Positions 37,801 through 50,900 of a stretch of 64,000 bases of DNA are shown piece after piece. The stretch covers positions 1,449,500 to 1,513,499 of the forward strand of contig CM082587.2 in assembly GCA_040954595.2 (NCBI GenBank), read 5' to 3'. Below the pieces are notes generated by a model. That model was not told the origin of the DNA. It saw only the letters and a list, made by a program, of their open reading frames with translations, and did not search any database. Made by a program: the position numbers and the translations under genes. Positions within the stretch are counted from its first letter, which is position 1; every line of letters starts with the position of its first letter. Origin of the DNA: Balanoglossus misakiensis (taxonomy: Eukaryota > Animalia > Hemichordata).

Positions 37801-38870
37801 AGACCCCCAAAATTGTTTGATTTGTACAAGCATCGTGAATCACCTATCCTGTCCAGTGCATGTGTCACTGTTCCTGTCCAGCTATTAATCATCACTAGCG
37901 CTTAGTATTAATACACAGTAGGTAAAAGCGATAGGCAGAATTATAACGAGTTGTCCACGTTTCCCAAATCATTCGAAGTAAAATTAAGATATGTGTGCGA
38001 ATGTCCTCCCCAAAAATCTCAAAGAAATATTAACTTTAACCCATATACACATTGTACACAGAAACTAGGGTGTACCTAATTCCGTGCGTAAAATTAATCA
38101 TGAAGTATTCGATTCTGCGCCGGTGTCCTTTATATAAAGTGTGTGCGATTCCAAACTGCAATTTGATAATGGGCTTGACAGGTCAACGTCGTTGATGCAA
38201 TGACCCCACGACAAACGGGTCGATACAATTGAAGTGAATTCCAATGTCATATTGTCTGTCAACTGTATTCTGCTGAAAATGAAGCCGTCACGTGCACCCA
38301 GTGGCAATTGCCATCTGCCAAAGCTTTTCTGTCCGTGAAAGAAAACGGTCTCGCAGTGTCCGAAGTGTCAATGCGTAAATGGCGGAACTTCAAGAATTTG
38401 AGCGTCTATTTATCGACGTTTTAAATTTTTATGGTGCAGTTTTGTTTCACCGTTTTTGCTAGGGCTGCGAAGCCTCTGCTGCAATAAGGGCGCAAACAGA
38501 CGAGGACGCCATTTTTCCTGAAAAAATACAAGTAATTCGTTGATGTAAGATGCAGATGGATTTAAAAATTCCTCTGAGCGCAACCCATTCCAGTCTCGCC
38601 CCCCATGCCTTTACTTCTGCCCACGCTAAACATGATCTGGACACTCGAGAAAATGGCCAAAAAATTAACAGAACATGTGCTAATGATCTTAAACGAGCAG
38701 ACATAAATGCGAATATATACCTTAAGTACCGATTTAGAAACGGGTCATTCTGTTAAATGTCTTCTTTCAAGTTTAAAGTTCATATAAGGATACTGTGACG
38801 TGTCACCTCTGTCCCAGGACTACTCAGGCCAATTCTGACAAGACGGTCAATTTGGTGGTCGTTCGATATC

Positions 38871-38950
38871 GCTACAGACGATCCGATTGGAAGTGTTGGA
38901 TTCGTACTTGTTATTCCCTATCCAACACTTGTTATCGGATGATCAGTAGC
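38871..38950. ncRNA. Candidate pri-miRNA-like hairpin
   Basis: Nested pairings GCTAC/GTAGC, ATCCGAT/ATCGGAT and AAGTGTTGGAT/ATCCAACACTT around an 18-nt loop; ~31-bp imperfect stem. I do not recognise the family. Confidence 0.4.
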
Positions 38951-41900
38951 AACAAGCAGGTTTTCTGGCCCAGGATCACGTCTGCCTTGTGGTTGTCCGT
39001 TTGGCGGTCATCTCTGCTCTGGACGAAAGTATGTGCTTGGCGTTTTCACGTTCAATTGACCACACTCCGATTGTGAATACATGTAGTCATCGAATCCAAT
39101 ATGGCAGACAGGCAATCTGCATACCACGTACCATGTGCCTTTTGTTATACACCTCGTAAAGTTTCTCTTCTCTGTAGATGCGTGGATGATATATGAAATT
39201 CGGGTCCACCTCTTTCTTACATGCCCAAGCATGACCCTTCAGGAGACAAGGGGCCTTTCTGTCACTGTAAGAAAACGGACAAACAATGATCAGCGCTGAA
39301 ATAGGCGCGCATCCTAAAGGTATTGCTGTACAAGATACAGTTGGAACAGATGTGAGCGAAAATTCACGCGGTGATCACGATTCCAACATGGTGATGATGG
39401 CTACGCACGAAGGTAGATTTGTGACGTCAACAAATATTGTGTGATTTGCTGTACCTCTCTTTTGATGACCATTCTCAACAGACTGCCCAAAATAACCAAA
39501 ACGTCTACACAATGAGGACAGTAGGGACATTTTATATTAAACACACAATTCCACCTGTGATAATATGACAAAACGACCTAGAATTTCACTTCATAAGTAC
39601 GTCATAATTTAGATGTAGTCGCCTCTCCCTTTTTTGAAAGCGATCGCGATCTGGTTCTCTTTTGTCTCAAATTAGACCTTGAAGCTTACTTCGACGCACT
39701 GAATGAATTAGCAAGGATCTTACCTTGCCCATGTCCAATTGCAGAGGCGAAATCCCAGATAAAGTTATCCGTGCGGTACGCCCAACCATGTTACATCTCT
39801 CTTCGCATCAAGTCTGGGCCCGCACTGCTCAACAGCCGGGAATACAGTGTGCGCTTGGCTGAGTCTCCCGTTCTAATATTGAAAAGCCAGGGCTTGCATG
39901 TTATACTGTAAATTTTTCGCTTGATTGATGATGCTGTATTGTTGCCTGCATTATGCAGTCATGCAGTCCAGTATACGATCTCTGATGGGTATTGGCCATT
40001 GAGTGACCGTCCCTCACAGATACCCCCCCCCACCATTAAATATAACTGCTTGGTGACCAACGCCAAGCCGATAAATCAGATTGATGCAACTTTTAGACAA
40101 GAAAGCGGGAAAATGGGAAACTTTCCTAAACTGCTGTACTTATTATCATAAAAATGCCCTGAAAGAAGTTATCGTCTCAGTGCTGGAAAGGCCCAGGCTC
40201 AGTAATGCGATATTGTCCAAATAGTGTAATCTCGTCTGGCTGGTCTAAATAGCAAATTGTTCTTGTAGTCACCTATCATTTCTCTAAATTGTAAGTGTAA
40301 CTCTTCTTTTTGGAGATCTTTTTATAGAATGGATTTACACGTTTGCTGGGCAATGGAGTCCCTGGTCTGACCTCCCGGGTCAACTAGATGGTGCTGTAAA
40401 CAGTGACGGTTCTCTCATGCAGAACGTCTCCCACACAATTCCTGGCCTTGTATACTTTGTTTTGTATATAATTTATGACTGTCTCGTTGAGCCCGGTACG
40501 TTTCCCCGGTGCCAAAAATGCAGTAATTTAGCCCGAACGACCCGCTAACAGTTGCAAAGAATTAAAAAGTTAGTCATGTTCGAACAGATCGAAAGTAAGA
40601 ATTCGTTGGAAAGCAACGTGCAAAGACAGTGTTTTGCTGATTCAAAATTGTTACGAATATACTGGTGAAAGTCGTTTATACTGACAAAAACAACTCCGAC
40701 TTAGAACAGAAAAATAGCGACAGTTGTATTCATGTCAAAGTTCCGTCACCCATCAAGAATAAAAACTCGCATGCAGCCAACTTTTGTTCTAATACTGTCC
40801 TTCAATATATAGGCCTACAGATATTTATACAGCTCTGGCGAATTCAGTAAACCCAAAGCAACAAGATCTCTGTGAATTTATAGACTCCCTCTTTGTCCGT
40901 TTTATACAATCAAAAACCAGTCAACTACAAAACATTTAAATGCATGATTGGACTTTAACTAAATTTAACATGATTTGAAAACCCAAGCCGCCACCCCCTA
41001 AAAGTGACGAAGATAACGGTTAACCGAACGATGACTTTATCTAACGCAAAATATAGAAACATGCTCACATGAAGAATATAACTTTCAAACTTTCGGCCAT
41101 TGGTTTAGGGTTCATCAGTTTGTGTATTCATTGAACAAAACACAACCATTGCTTATTGAGAAAGTCTACAAGCCTCTGAATCTCGTTTTCTCTTTCTACG
41201 CCCTGTTTTCTCGTTCTGGTGTTTGGAAGTGAATCATATGTAGTCGAACATTGAAGCTTGCAGCTGCATGGTCGTTTGTTCGTCTCTTCACTCCTGAGAA
41301 ACTCTAGCTAGTCCAACAATATGCTCGGAATATCCAGAGACATTTACGGACCATCAAGAGAACAAACAACAAACAAACAACGACATAGCAACATGGCGTC
41401 GAGAACTCACGCGATGGTATACACCCAAGGAACATGCGTGTGCATCGCTGATTGGTCAGAAACCAATGCGATGGCGACGAGCCGAATATTTCCGCCAGTC
41501 ACGGAATCGTTTGCACCCCACATCACCTCACAATCTCCCTCTTCCCTCGCACTACCGCTAATGGAAGCCCTATTTATTTGTACTTACTGTACATGAAGAT
41601 TCGCAAGGGGTGGGGGCAAGAGAAAATGGGAATTTTTACCGACCTGAAAACCTTTCCGTGTTGTGAGCAGTTTTATCTTTTGTCCAATAATAGGGAAAGG
41701 CAATAGTTTATGATTAATACAAAAAAGTGTGCATTTTCACGCCCTGGCCGTAAAAACTGAATGATTTTGTTGCATTTAATACATACATGCATTATTTTCG
41801 GTCCCCAGAGCTATACCATGATGCTTCAACATAAAGTTCAAAAAGTTATGACCTTTGACTTCTATGCAATTCATTAGACGGGAACTGATGTCATCAATTA

Positions 41901-42344
41901 AAGACTAAATGTCGCTTTGTCACGAGGAGAAAAAAGGATAAATATATTAACTTCTAGACCTGTATTCATGTGACTTCACAACTAAAAGCGTTTAAATTGT
42001 ACAAATTATGCAAAAACTTGAAAGGAAGCATCAAACATTTCCAGTGTTAATAGTTATTTTTGTGGATAAAATTATACAGTCCCTGGAGTTTCCATGGCAA
42101 TCTTTTCTTAACTATATTAAAAGCGGGGGTTCTCAGAACGATTTGTCAACAAGGATTTTGCCTTAGGACATGCGTCGCGTAATTAAAAACGTTGTTTGGC
42201 TTGGTTTGGTTGTAATTGTCTGTTACAAGGTTAAGCCTGAAATATCGAAGACTCTTTATGTACTGGATTAATATGTACGATTTGTTGGTCCTGGTGAAAT
42301 TTTACAAACATGGTAGTGATTTCATGATTCTTGGACGAACTAGC

Positions 42345-42386
<42 letters not shown>
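42345..42386 (+). repeat. (ATG)14 microsatellite
   Basis: Perfect ATG trinucleotide run, read directly. Confidence 0.95.
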
Positions 42387-42389
<3 letters not shown>

Positions 42390-43353
42390 CAAGTATCAAT
42401 TTCTTTATGAACTTTCGGGTCGTACGTTTTCCTTAACTGTATACTGATAGGCTGAAACTGTGCGTAAAACATGGCAGTTGAGTATTGAACAGTTATTCGA
42501 TTGGAATAAGTTCAACTATTGTCAGAAGGGAACACTTCTTGCCATACTATAAATCACCACAAGGTGACTTTTCACCTCCTTTTAACCTGGAAAATGACCC
42601 CCTAGCGAGACAGCATTTTTCAAATTGGTTTCTGAGCAACGTTGTTACTGTGGCAACTCTTACTTCACTACAAGGTTCAAACAGAATGGGAGTGTACATG
42701 GATTATTCAAACACTATTCGCTTTGTTCAAATGTTCCAAAACTTGAGTGGACAAGCCTCATGTTAAGCAAAGAGCGCCCCCAGTGTCTCAATTGAACTCT
42801 TAACCGGCACAAATGAGATTACTTAATTTTGGATGACTATGGAAATCCCTCCCTCCTTATATATACCAGAATGACACTGATGTATATTACTTCAAAAATC
42901 CCTGAGTCCAAGGGTTTATTCAGTATTTCACGGCCATTGGTGCATATTACAATAACAGTAGTACATGCAGATTCTAAATGTTACTTAAATTTTTAGAGGA
43001 GTATAATAATAATAATATAATGTAAAAATATATGTTCATAAAATATAAAATAATGTATTAATATAATACAAAAAAAACCCCAAGAAAATCTGATAAAATG
43101 AGATGAGTAAAATTGGAAACTTGTAAATGGTGACTTTAACCCATAATTGGTCATCAAATGCTTCCCCTCTCCCCAAAATTATGAGTTGAAGGTTTACCCT
43201 GTTCATATGATGTCTTGAAAATCTCATCAAAATGTAATTGTGATGGTTGTGGTTTGATTTGTGTTCTATATAATGTGAAAAATTGCAGGTGCTATTCGTA
43301 CATTAGGGAGTTTCTGACAACATGTCGCAGACATCAATAAAAGGTATGAAATC

Positions 43354-46300
43354 TCATGTCGTGTGCTGGTCTAGAAAATCTCTGAATCTCCTGGAATATT
43401 TCTGTGGGGAAACAGTGGAAAATGATGTGCAGGGAAACCGAAATAGTTTGTATACATGTTCCAGTTTCTTCTTCACTTTATACTGAGTGAATATATCAAT
43501 AATTCCTACAAAATATCGTTCATTCTCCCCATCAATGACATGCAAGGCATTAGGTGTCAAAGGCAGCAGTCTTTGGTTTCTGTATTTCACTTGGTCGAAA
43601 TCCACTTTGCTTAAACCTGAGTTGTTCCGGCTTGTGTCATTGTGTGAGGTGGGTTCGTTCTGGGGTGTGCCTGGTATCTGTCCTGGTAGGACAGTGTGTT
43701 GAGTTTCTGTTTTCTGTTTGTGAGTTGTTGCGTCAGTTTCTCCGTCTGCATTTTGGACTTGTACTGCTGAAAGACTGGTAGATGTGTTGGTTTGCTTTAA
43801 CTTCCCTTGAGCTATCTGTCTCTCATCTATGCTTTCAGCTGGTCCAATCTGGCTGCCATCTCCACCTTCAGCTTGTCCACAATCTGCCACATCTGACCCG
43901 TCTACATCAGCTGCTGTTGACATCTTTCCTCCTTGTCCACACATTTCCTTTTTACAGTTTTCACACAAGGATCGATTTGCGGCAGCTTGGAATTTCTTCA
44001 GAGGTACAGATCTAAACAAAAGTGAAAATATACTTGAATATAACACTCCATACACTCTGCCTCAATAGTAATATTTTCTAGCACGGATCAATAGGAAATA
44101 AACATTTTCCATTTCATAACAAGTCCAGGCCAGGCAGCCTAATTACTCACTTCTGAACACGGACAACAACATCAGCAAACTTATCTTCTTCACGTCTTTC
44201 AGTGGAATGGATGAGTTGTCTTCCCAATATGAGACTATAATCCATGACACCGATCTCCTCCAGAAAATTAGAGTCATGTTTCACTTGCTCAATAAACCAT
44301 TGTTTTTGTGGCCCTGAAATAAATAAACAAGTAACATGTTTCAGCTGATGACTTCTATCAACAAGTGAACTAGTGTCCAACAAAGCTCCACTGCCAGATT
44401 TGAATTACTGACCCTGTAGAGAACATACTCAAAAGAAACTTACCCAGATTTATTTTCTTGTTTTCCAAGTTATTGTCTTTGAGTATTGCTATAATATGGC
44501 TGTCCTCCAGCTCTGGTTCTGTGTATCTGTCGGCATGACAACCCTTCAAGTCATACCTGTGCAATACAAAGTAACAACCACATTGTTCTTAATGATGTCC
44601 ACTGTTTGACACCAACTTCGACATGCTAACAACTCTGTCACATGGGACCCATACCTGCAGCTATAGACAGGACAACAACATTGTGAAGTAAACAAATTAT
44701 ATTTTCATACCTTTCAACAATTCTGTCATCAGGATAAAATACACTTTGCATAACTGTAAAAAATCTCTGCAAAGAAATGCTCAAGTAAGTACCTCTACAT
44801 GAAATGGTTTAAGTTTTACATTCAACTACGCCAAAAGTTGTAGTTCAAGAGCCTTTAACATAACAATCAAATGTAACATCATATCAATGGAACTCAAAAG
44901 AAAACTTTCAAATGATGTCACAGGTCGTCATAGAGTGACAAAGTTAGGTACTCACTGTTCTGTGTCCCTTGATATGAATGGAATGAAGTCCGAAAATCTT
45001 GACCATCAGTGTATGGGGATATCTCTCAAAATGATTCAAATATGTCTTCAGTATTGAGCGGAAAAATTTCACGTCTTTTACTTTTTCTGTTTTAATCACA
45101 AACATTTTATTATTACTAAAGAAAATAAAAAGAGATAAGAAATTGTAATTAGTTCTGAGAATTGACAGAAAAATAATTGCATTGAATATTCATTGACATG
45201 TGACTCTGAACATGTGACACAAAACCTGAAAAGGTTTGTGAAGACAGTTTAAAGAGAAAATTAAATTTTGTCAACTCACCATAGAAAGAAACTCATTCCA
45301 CTCTTGGAGTTGCTTAGCAACTCTAAATATGGAAGACGAGAAGATGGAACCAAGGAAGACTGGTATTCCTCTTCAGAAAAATTAATAACCCGGCGAAGTT
45401 TTGAAAACATTTTCGGTGCATAGCTACGGAATTCAAATTTCTGAAAGAACAAATAAAATTTATCATTATGAGAAAATTATTGACACAAACATATGAAAGA
45501 TTTCTAAATTCATAGAACTTAGCATAAGTATTTTTGGTCACACTCTCTGTAAGTATGTAATTGTTAGTACAATGCACTTGCAAACAAGTTGAAGAGAAAC
45601 AAAGTTTTGTTTCAAGGAAAATATCTTGTTTGTCTTGTCTATAAGGGCATGTTTGGAAATTTGAAAGTTACAAAAATCGTACCTTATTGTTGTCATTGGT
45701 AAGGTGAAAAACATCAACAGCAGTAAAATCTTCTTCTATTAAGTCAGTCTGTAAAAAGGAATAAGACTAAATTAGAGCAACTGTATAAGAAAGTATAATG
45801 TTTATTTAGGTATATACATGCAAATGCAAATGATATTGCTGGTACATTTTTACAGGCAATAACCTGCTGTACCTGTGCAGTTATATTTCCAGAAACGTCT
45901 TCATTCTTGAAACATTCTTGGAGACCTTGTCGTATACAATTTGTGAGTTGATATCGGGGATGAGATGAGCTGATTTCAATTATTCCACGTCGCCCCCACT
46001 TCCTACGAAGATCAGCCATGATTACTGCAAAACGTCCTTTGTGTTCTCTGTTGGTTTGTTTCTCTGGCTTGGCTTCTTCTTCTGATCTTTCCACTTCTTC
46101 ATTCTGTCAAGTAATTAATAATTGAAAAATGACTATTTCTGACATAGGTTTCAGAATAATCAGAATAATGCATATATACACAGATTATATACATGTATGC
46201 CTAGGAGTTTTAAGGACACGTAAATCACAGAGACCATGCAGTATAATGAGTAATGAAAGTATTTAAATGATTCAAACCACATATATATATACAAATGGAA

Positions 46301-47235
46301 ATTTTATTGAGATTCATGACACTATCTGCAGTATATCATTACTCCAAATAAAAGAAGGAAAACGTGTCTAGAATCAAATATTCAGGATTGTGCCATCACC
46401 ATGGCAACCAACCTTAGCCTGCCTCTCTGCCATATAGAAATAAATAGCTTACATGTATTATACATGAATTTATAAATAAATGAATGTAAATGTTGAAGAA
46501 ATATGTATTCTGGTAGTGAAAGCTACCCTATAGCCTTATAATTTACAATGTCTAGTCATAGCTACTGCCAGTGAGTACATAAAAGATGTAGGCATCTGAA
46601 TTTGATTCGAAAATCCCCCCCCCCCCCCGATTTAAAATTGGTCCAGTAGCTAGGTCCCTAACAGTGAATGCAATGCCAGGCATTTAGAATCGGTAACAAA
46701 GCGAAGACAATGCGAACTCGGTCTGTTTTCAATGATCAATGATGTCTTTGGACAGTGCAAATGCAAGCAACATTATAAGGAAATTTGCATACAAAACGGC
46801 TGACATGTCAGTTACATGACAGCACTGCAGTGACCGATGACTGTTGCCAACCACAGTCACATGTGAAGTGGGTAGTCACACCAGGGCAAAAAGCCCTTGC
46901 GCTGTGTCTTAAGAAAAAAAAAAACTTTTTTTTTTCTGTGGCATTACCCAGGCCACGGTCTGACTTCCCAGTTCACAGGCGACTGTGTTGACAACTGCCT
47001 AAATATGACTGAGAGAGTATTTCAGTGTAAACCACGTAGCATAAGAAAGTGCATTGTGACCAAACAATGAAAGGAGGAAGGGTTGATCAGAACAGTGTTA
47101 AGAAAATCACGCACTCACCGGTGATTCCTCTGGGCTTGGGGAATCCGATCGTGCCTGTTGATTGTTTTGCGTGACGGATTCGTCACCACCGGCACCGCAT
47201 TTTGAACACACCACGGGTTTCTCTACACTTGTCAT
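43354..47235 (-). CDS. PIP5KL1: Phosphatidylinositol-4-phosphate 5-kinase-like 1
   Basis: KWGRRGIIEISSSH (PIP5KL1-type N-terminus), FEFRSYAP, SNSKSGMSFF, FVIKT, VMQSVFYPD, RYDLKG, MDYSL, RYFVGIIDIFTQY..KKLEH..FSTVSPQKYSRRF. First exon 47235-47119 splices in phase 0 to the exon at ~46103. Confidence 0.88.
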
Positions 47236-47402
47236 TGTTGCTAGTATATATCCGTTGCTATGGACACATCGGAACCTTATCTAAATAGGTTTTGTATGAG
47301 CCGATGCACACGTAAGATGTCGTAACGTCGGTTGTCAAGAGCGCCTTCGAAGACGCTACTTGCTTAGCGATATAGCCAGCACTGTCAACTAATTAGATGC
47401 TA

Positions 47403-47415
47403 ACGTCACTTCCGG
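47403..47415 (-). promoter_or_regulatory. ETS-CRE composite motif upstream of PIP5KL1
   Basis: Minus strand reads CCGGAAGTGACGT about 170 nt upstream of the ATG, matching the known GABP/CREB composite element. Confidence 0.55.
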
Positions 47416-47926
47416 GTAGAGACAAAATCACAGTCAGTGACAGTCGAGGTCAAACTGAACTTTGCTAGAGTGTGAAGGGATGTTACCTAGTTTGGGATAG
47501 CAGATTCTAAACCACCAGTTGATCGTTTTTTTTTCTGGATAGCTTGTTAACACAGGCACCGTTGAAGTTGGTGGCGAGCATAAAGCTAGCTCAGTACGTG
47601 ATACTCCATAGTGAGATGACCCCAAAACAAGTCTAACAACTATCATTCAATGTTTATAAATAACAAAGTAAAAAAAATAAACAAAAACAACAAGTAGAAG
47701 CATAACAATTAAGCTTTAATTAAGTCACGGTGAATATGACGTATAATTATTCTCAATCTCTGACCCAATATAAATTTGTGAAAACGTGGTTTAGCCTTAT
47801 ACCCTTCGTAAAGGGGCTGTCACGGTAATATTACTTTGGGTGGAATTACAGTTATAAATAACACCTGTGATCGCTGATTTAAAAATGCAGATTTTTTTTA
47901 CATTGAAAGTAAACTGACAATCGATA

Positions 47927-50900
47927 TTACGAACACCAGCCTGGCGACCACACACCGGCGAAGTTGCTCGCATCAGACAATTCTGGTACCGAAGTATTGT
48001 CATCAAAAGCTGGTACAAGTTTCTTCTTTAATTCCTCGATTCGTGCAGCCATTTCTTGAACTTTATGCGGCATTTCTTCTGCGAGATTAAACTTTTCCAA
48101 AGGATCAGCTTTGAAAAAAGAAGCAGTGTGAGATATTAAACGATTAATCGATGACAAATATTCGGTAGAGCAAGTTGCTAGTTATTGTCTACCGTTTAAC
48201 AAATACGGCTCTTTCCTGTAATTCAAATACTGTTCAAATATTGGCCACAGAAGGGACGGACCCAATCTCTTTAAAATATCTTACGTACTGCGAACGTTGA
48301 ACAAGTAAACATTTTGCTTTTGAAGCACATCTCCTTCATCGTCAATGTCCTCAGCTTCTGGGGGCGGAATTCTTTGTGCTAAAGACAACGATAAGGTAAT
48401 ATGTGAATAGTTCATATGAAGCAGGCGTTAATTAACCAAAACTAGAAGTACGAGATTCACATGCAATCCAACTTGAATTTAGAGTTATGTAGACAATTTC
48501 CAACAAGTTTGCGCACAAAAAAAGGAAAACATTTCCTTTCGTAAATTCCGTTGGTGTTCCTTTAGAAACATATCCATCGGGATATCTTACCGGAAAATCT
48601 GGGATATCCCATCATTAACTTGTAATTGCCAACCCTGAAGAAAGATAGGATTCACAGAATGTAAAGCGAGTATGCATTCAACTGACGTACACAGCGTTAT
48701 CTTGTAAACCTAAAAGAGGTGATGTTTGTGTTTTGTTAGTGACCATAATTTGTTCCAGCTGTTCATTGGTAGCGTAAACCTGAGATTAGATACATATAAT
48801 TCTATGAATTTTGCCGTCAAAATCGCCATACATGATTACTTTCTATTTGATAAACGATTTAAGCTTATTATTATAATAAATAAGATAAGTACCTGCAGTA
48901 AGTAAAGTAATACTCTTATCAGTTTCCGACTGAATGAATGAATGAATGGATGGATGGATATATAAATTTGAAATATGATATGTATAAATGATAAACTTTA
49001 TAAAGTTTACAAAATAATTTGACAGACCATGGTGATAGACGTTAAATACCTGATCGCTGCTAAAGGTCTGCCCTTTTCCAAAATGTTGTAGACGAACTCC
49101 TTCCTTGGCGATGGTTTATTCTGAGATAAAGCATTCCAAACATTTATACCGTCCATTCGAGTATCTAAGAGGAGTATAAAAACCAAGACAACAACAACAA
49201 CAACAATAAGATACAGAGAAAAACAGATGTTAAGTTGGTGCCACAGATCGCCTTAAACCGAATGGCCAAATGTAAACATATACTTTACCCAAACTCTTGG
49301 CACCTGCAACCCAGGACAGCGTTGGATACCAGTCGACAGCATGCACAATCCTGGCATGGAAAACAATGAAAACGTGTAAAATTCTAAGAAACAGGTTCAT
49401 GAAGAGATTATTGATACATTATTCTCTGATGTCATTTGCATGTAAAGTATCACACAGAAAAGAATTAAAGAGGGTGACAATAGAAAAAGAAATATGTCTG
49501 ACCCATTGTTGACGTAACCCGTCCTCTGGAGAATATTTCCATGAACGAAGCCCACCACTCTAGTACCTCCTTCATGTAGCGAACCTTTAGTTCCTCGTAG
49601 TGGCCAATTGTTACCTTCAGCTCTTTCATTTTGTGGGGCCCCATTCTATAAAGATAAAACAAATGTTATTTGCTGTCCAGAAACGAACCAGCAAATGTAA
49701 AGATCGACAGCTATATACGCATTGCCTGCATCAATTTCTTGCCACGACGATTTCCCACGCGACTTCACAATGAACTTGATTCAACGAGGACTTTGCCATT
49801 GGAAATGACTGATTGATGGTGTTTTCTAAAAACTCAGTAAACAACTGGTGAACCGATGAAAGACAACTTACATCAGAAGAAAACACGAGTAAAGTGTCCC
49901 TCCATAAACCATGTTGTTGTAACGCTCTGACAACTTTTCCAATACCTTCATCCATAGCTGAAATCATACCTAGGACAGAAATTGATAACAAGAGGTTTAA
50001 TTACTACCACACCCGTAAAACACTGCCAAAGTTAACGGTTCAACGTTATTTCTTTTTGTTTGCCCTTTAAACTCACCAATTGTAATTTTAACTTACATCT
50101 CCTCCGGTTGTTTTTTGCTTACCTAGTTTTATTCTTCGCTTTTCATTAGAAACAGATGGATACATATTTATGTATTTTTTCGGAACCTATAAGGTGCGAT
50201 TGAAAAACATTCCGGTCAGATTATTGCTTGTGTATCTCACAACAAAATAACCCCTGACCACTGCAATAAAATGTCCTGCATTTTATTGCAGAACCAAAGT
50301 TCTTCAATCATTCTGGCCCTAATGAAGACAAATGAGGGTATGAAATGTGTCTATATCTACAAAGACTGGTCAGTATGAAAATTTATTTAGTAGGATCAAC
50401 ACATGTGGAATCTAGGTTAATAACTCTACGTCAGACTGTTCGATTTTGAATGCGTGTCTTTCAAATGGTACACTAAATCAGCCATCTCTCTAATTCCAAC
50501 TGAAAAAATGAAGATGACACAAATGGAGATTTGCAACATCACATAAAAGATGCATCAATCCACAGTAGATTAGGTGATTTTCAAATTCTGCAAGGAAAGC
50601 ACTAGGTGTAATGGATTGGTGATGAACGGTAACAGATGGCACAAAGTAAAGGAAATATGCGACCAAGCTCTATCCAAAGCTATTACTTAAGCACCATCTG
50701 TTTAATGCAGGGTATCATTTCATATAAGAGAGTCACTCACTAACCTGTAAAGGACTGTGCACGCTCTGGTAGGCAAGGTACATGAACATTGGTTTGGACT
50801 TGTCGTGTTGTGCAATGTAATTCGCAGCTTTGTCACTGAACAAGTGCTGCCAGGTGGAAAATGGAATAAGCAACAATCAGTGTATTTGAACAAAAGGAGA

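Noticed and set aside
38786-38793. Minus-strand GTATCCTT, and plus-strand TTTCCTTAAC at ~42428, as U12 signals
   Set aside because: Neither has a matching partner site or a supporting reading frame; compatible with chance.
42216-42766. Poly-Met ORF and neighbouring 93-aa ORF
   Set aside because: The poly-Met comes from the ATG microsatellite; the second ORF has a non-ATG start, an upstream stop and no recognisable domain.
48190-48290. Apparent in-frame TAA in an arylsulfatase exon
   Set aside because: A GTACGT donor precedes the stop (YLFNVR|TDPLEK), so the gene is intact.
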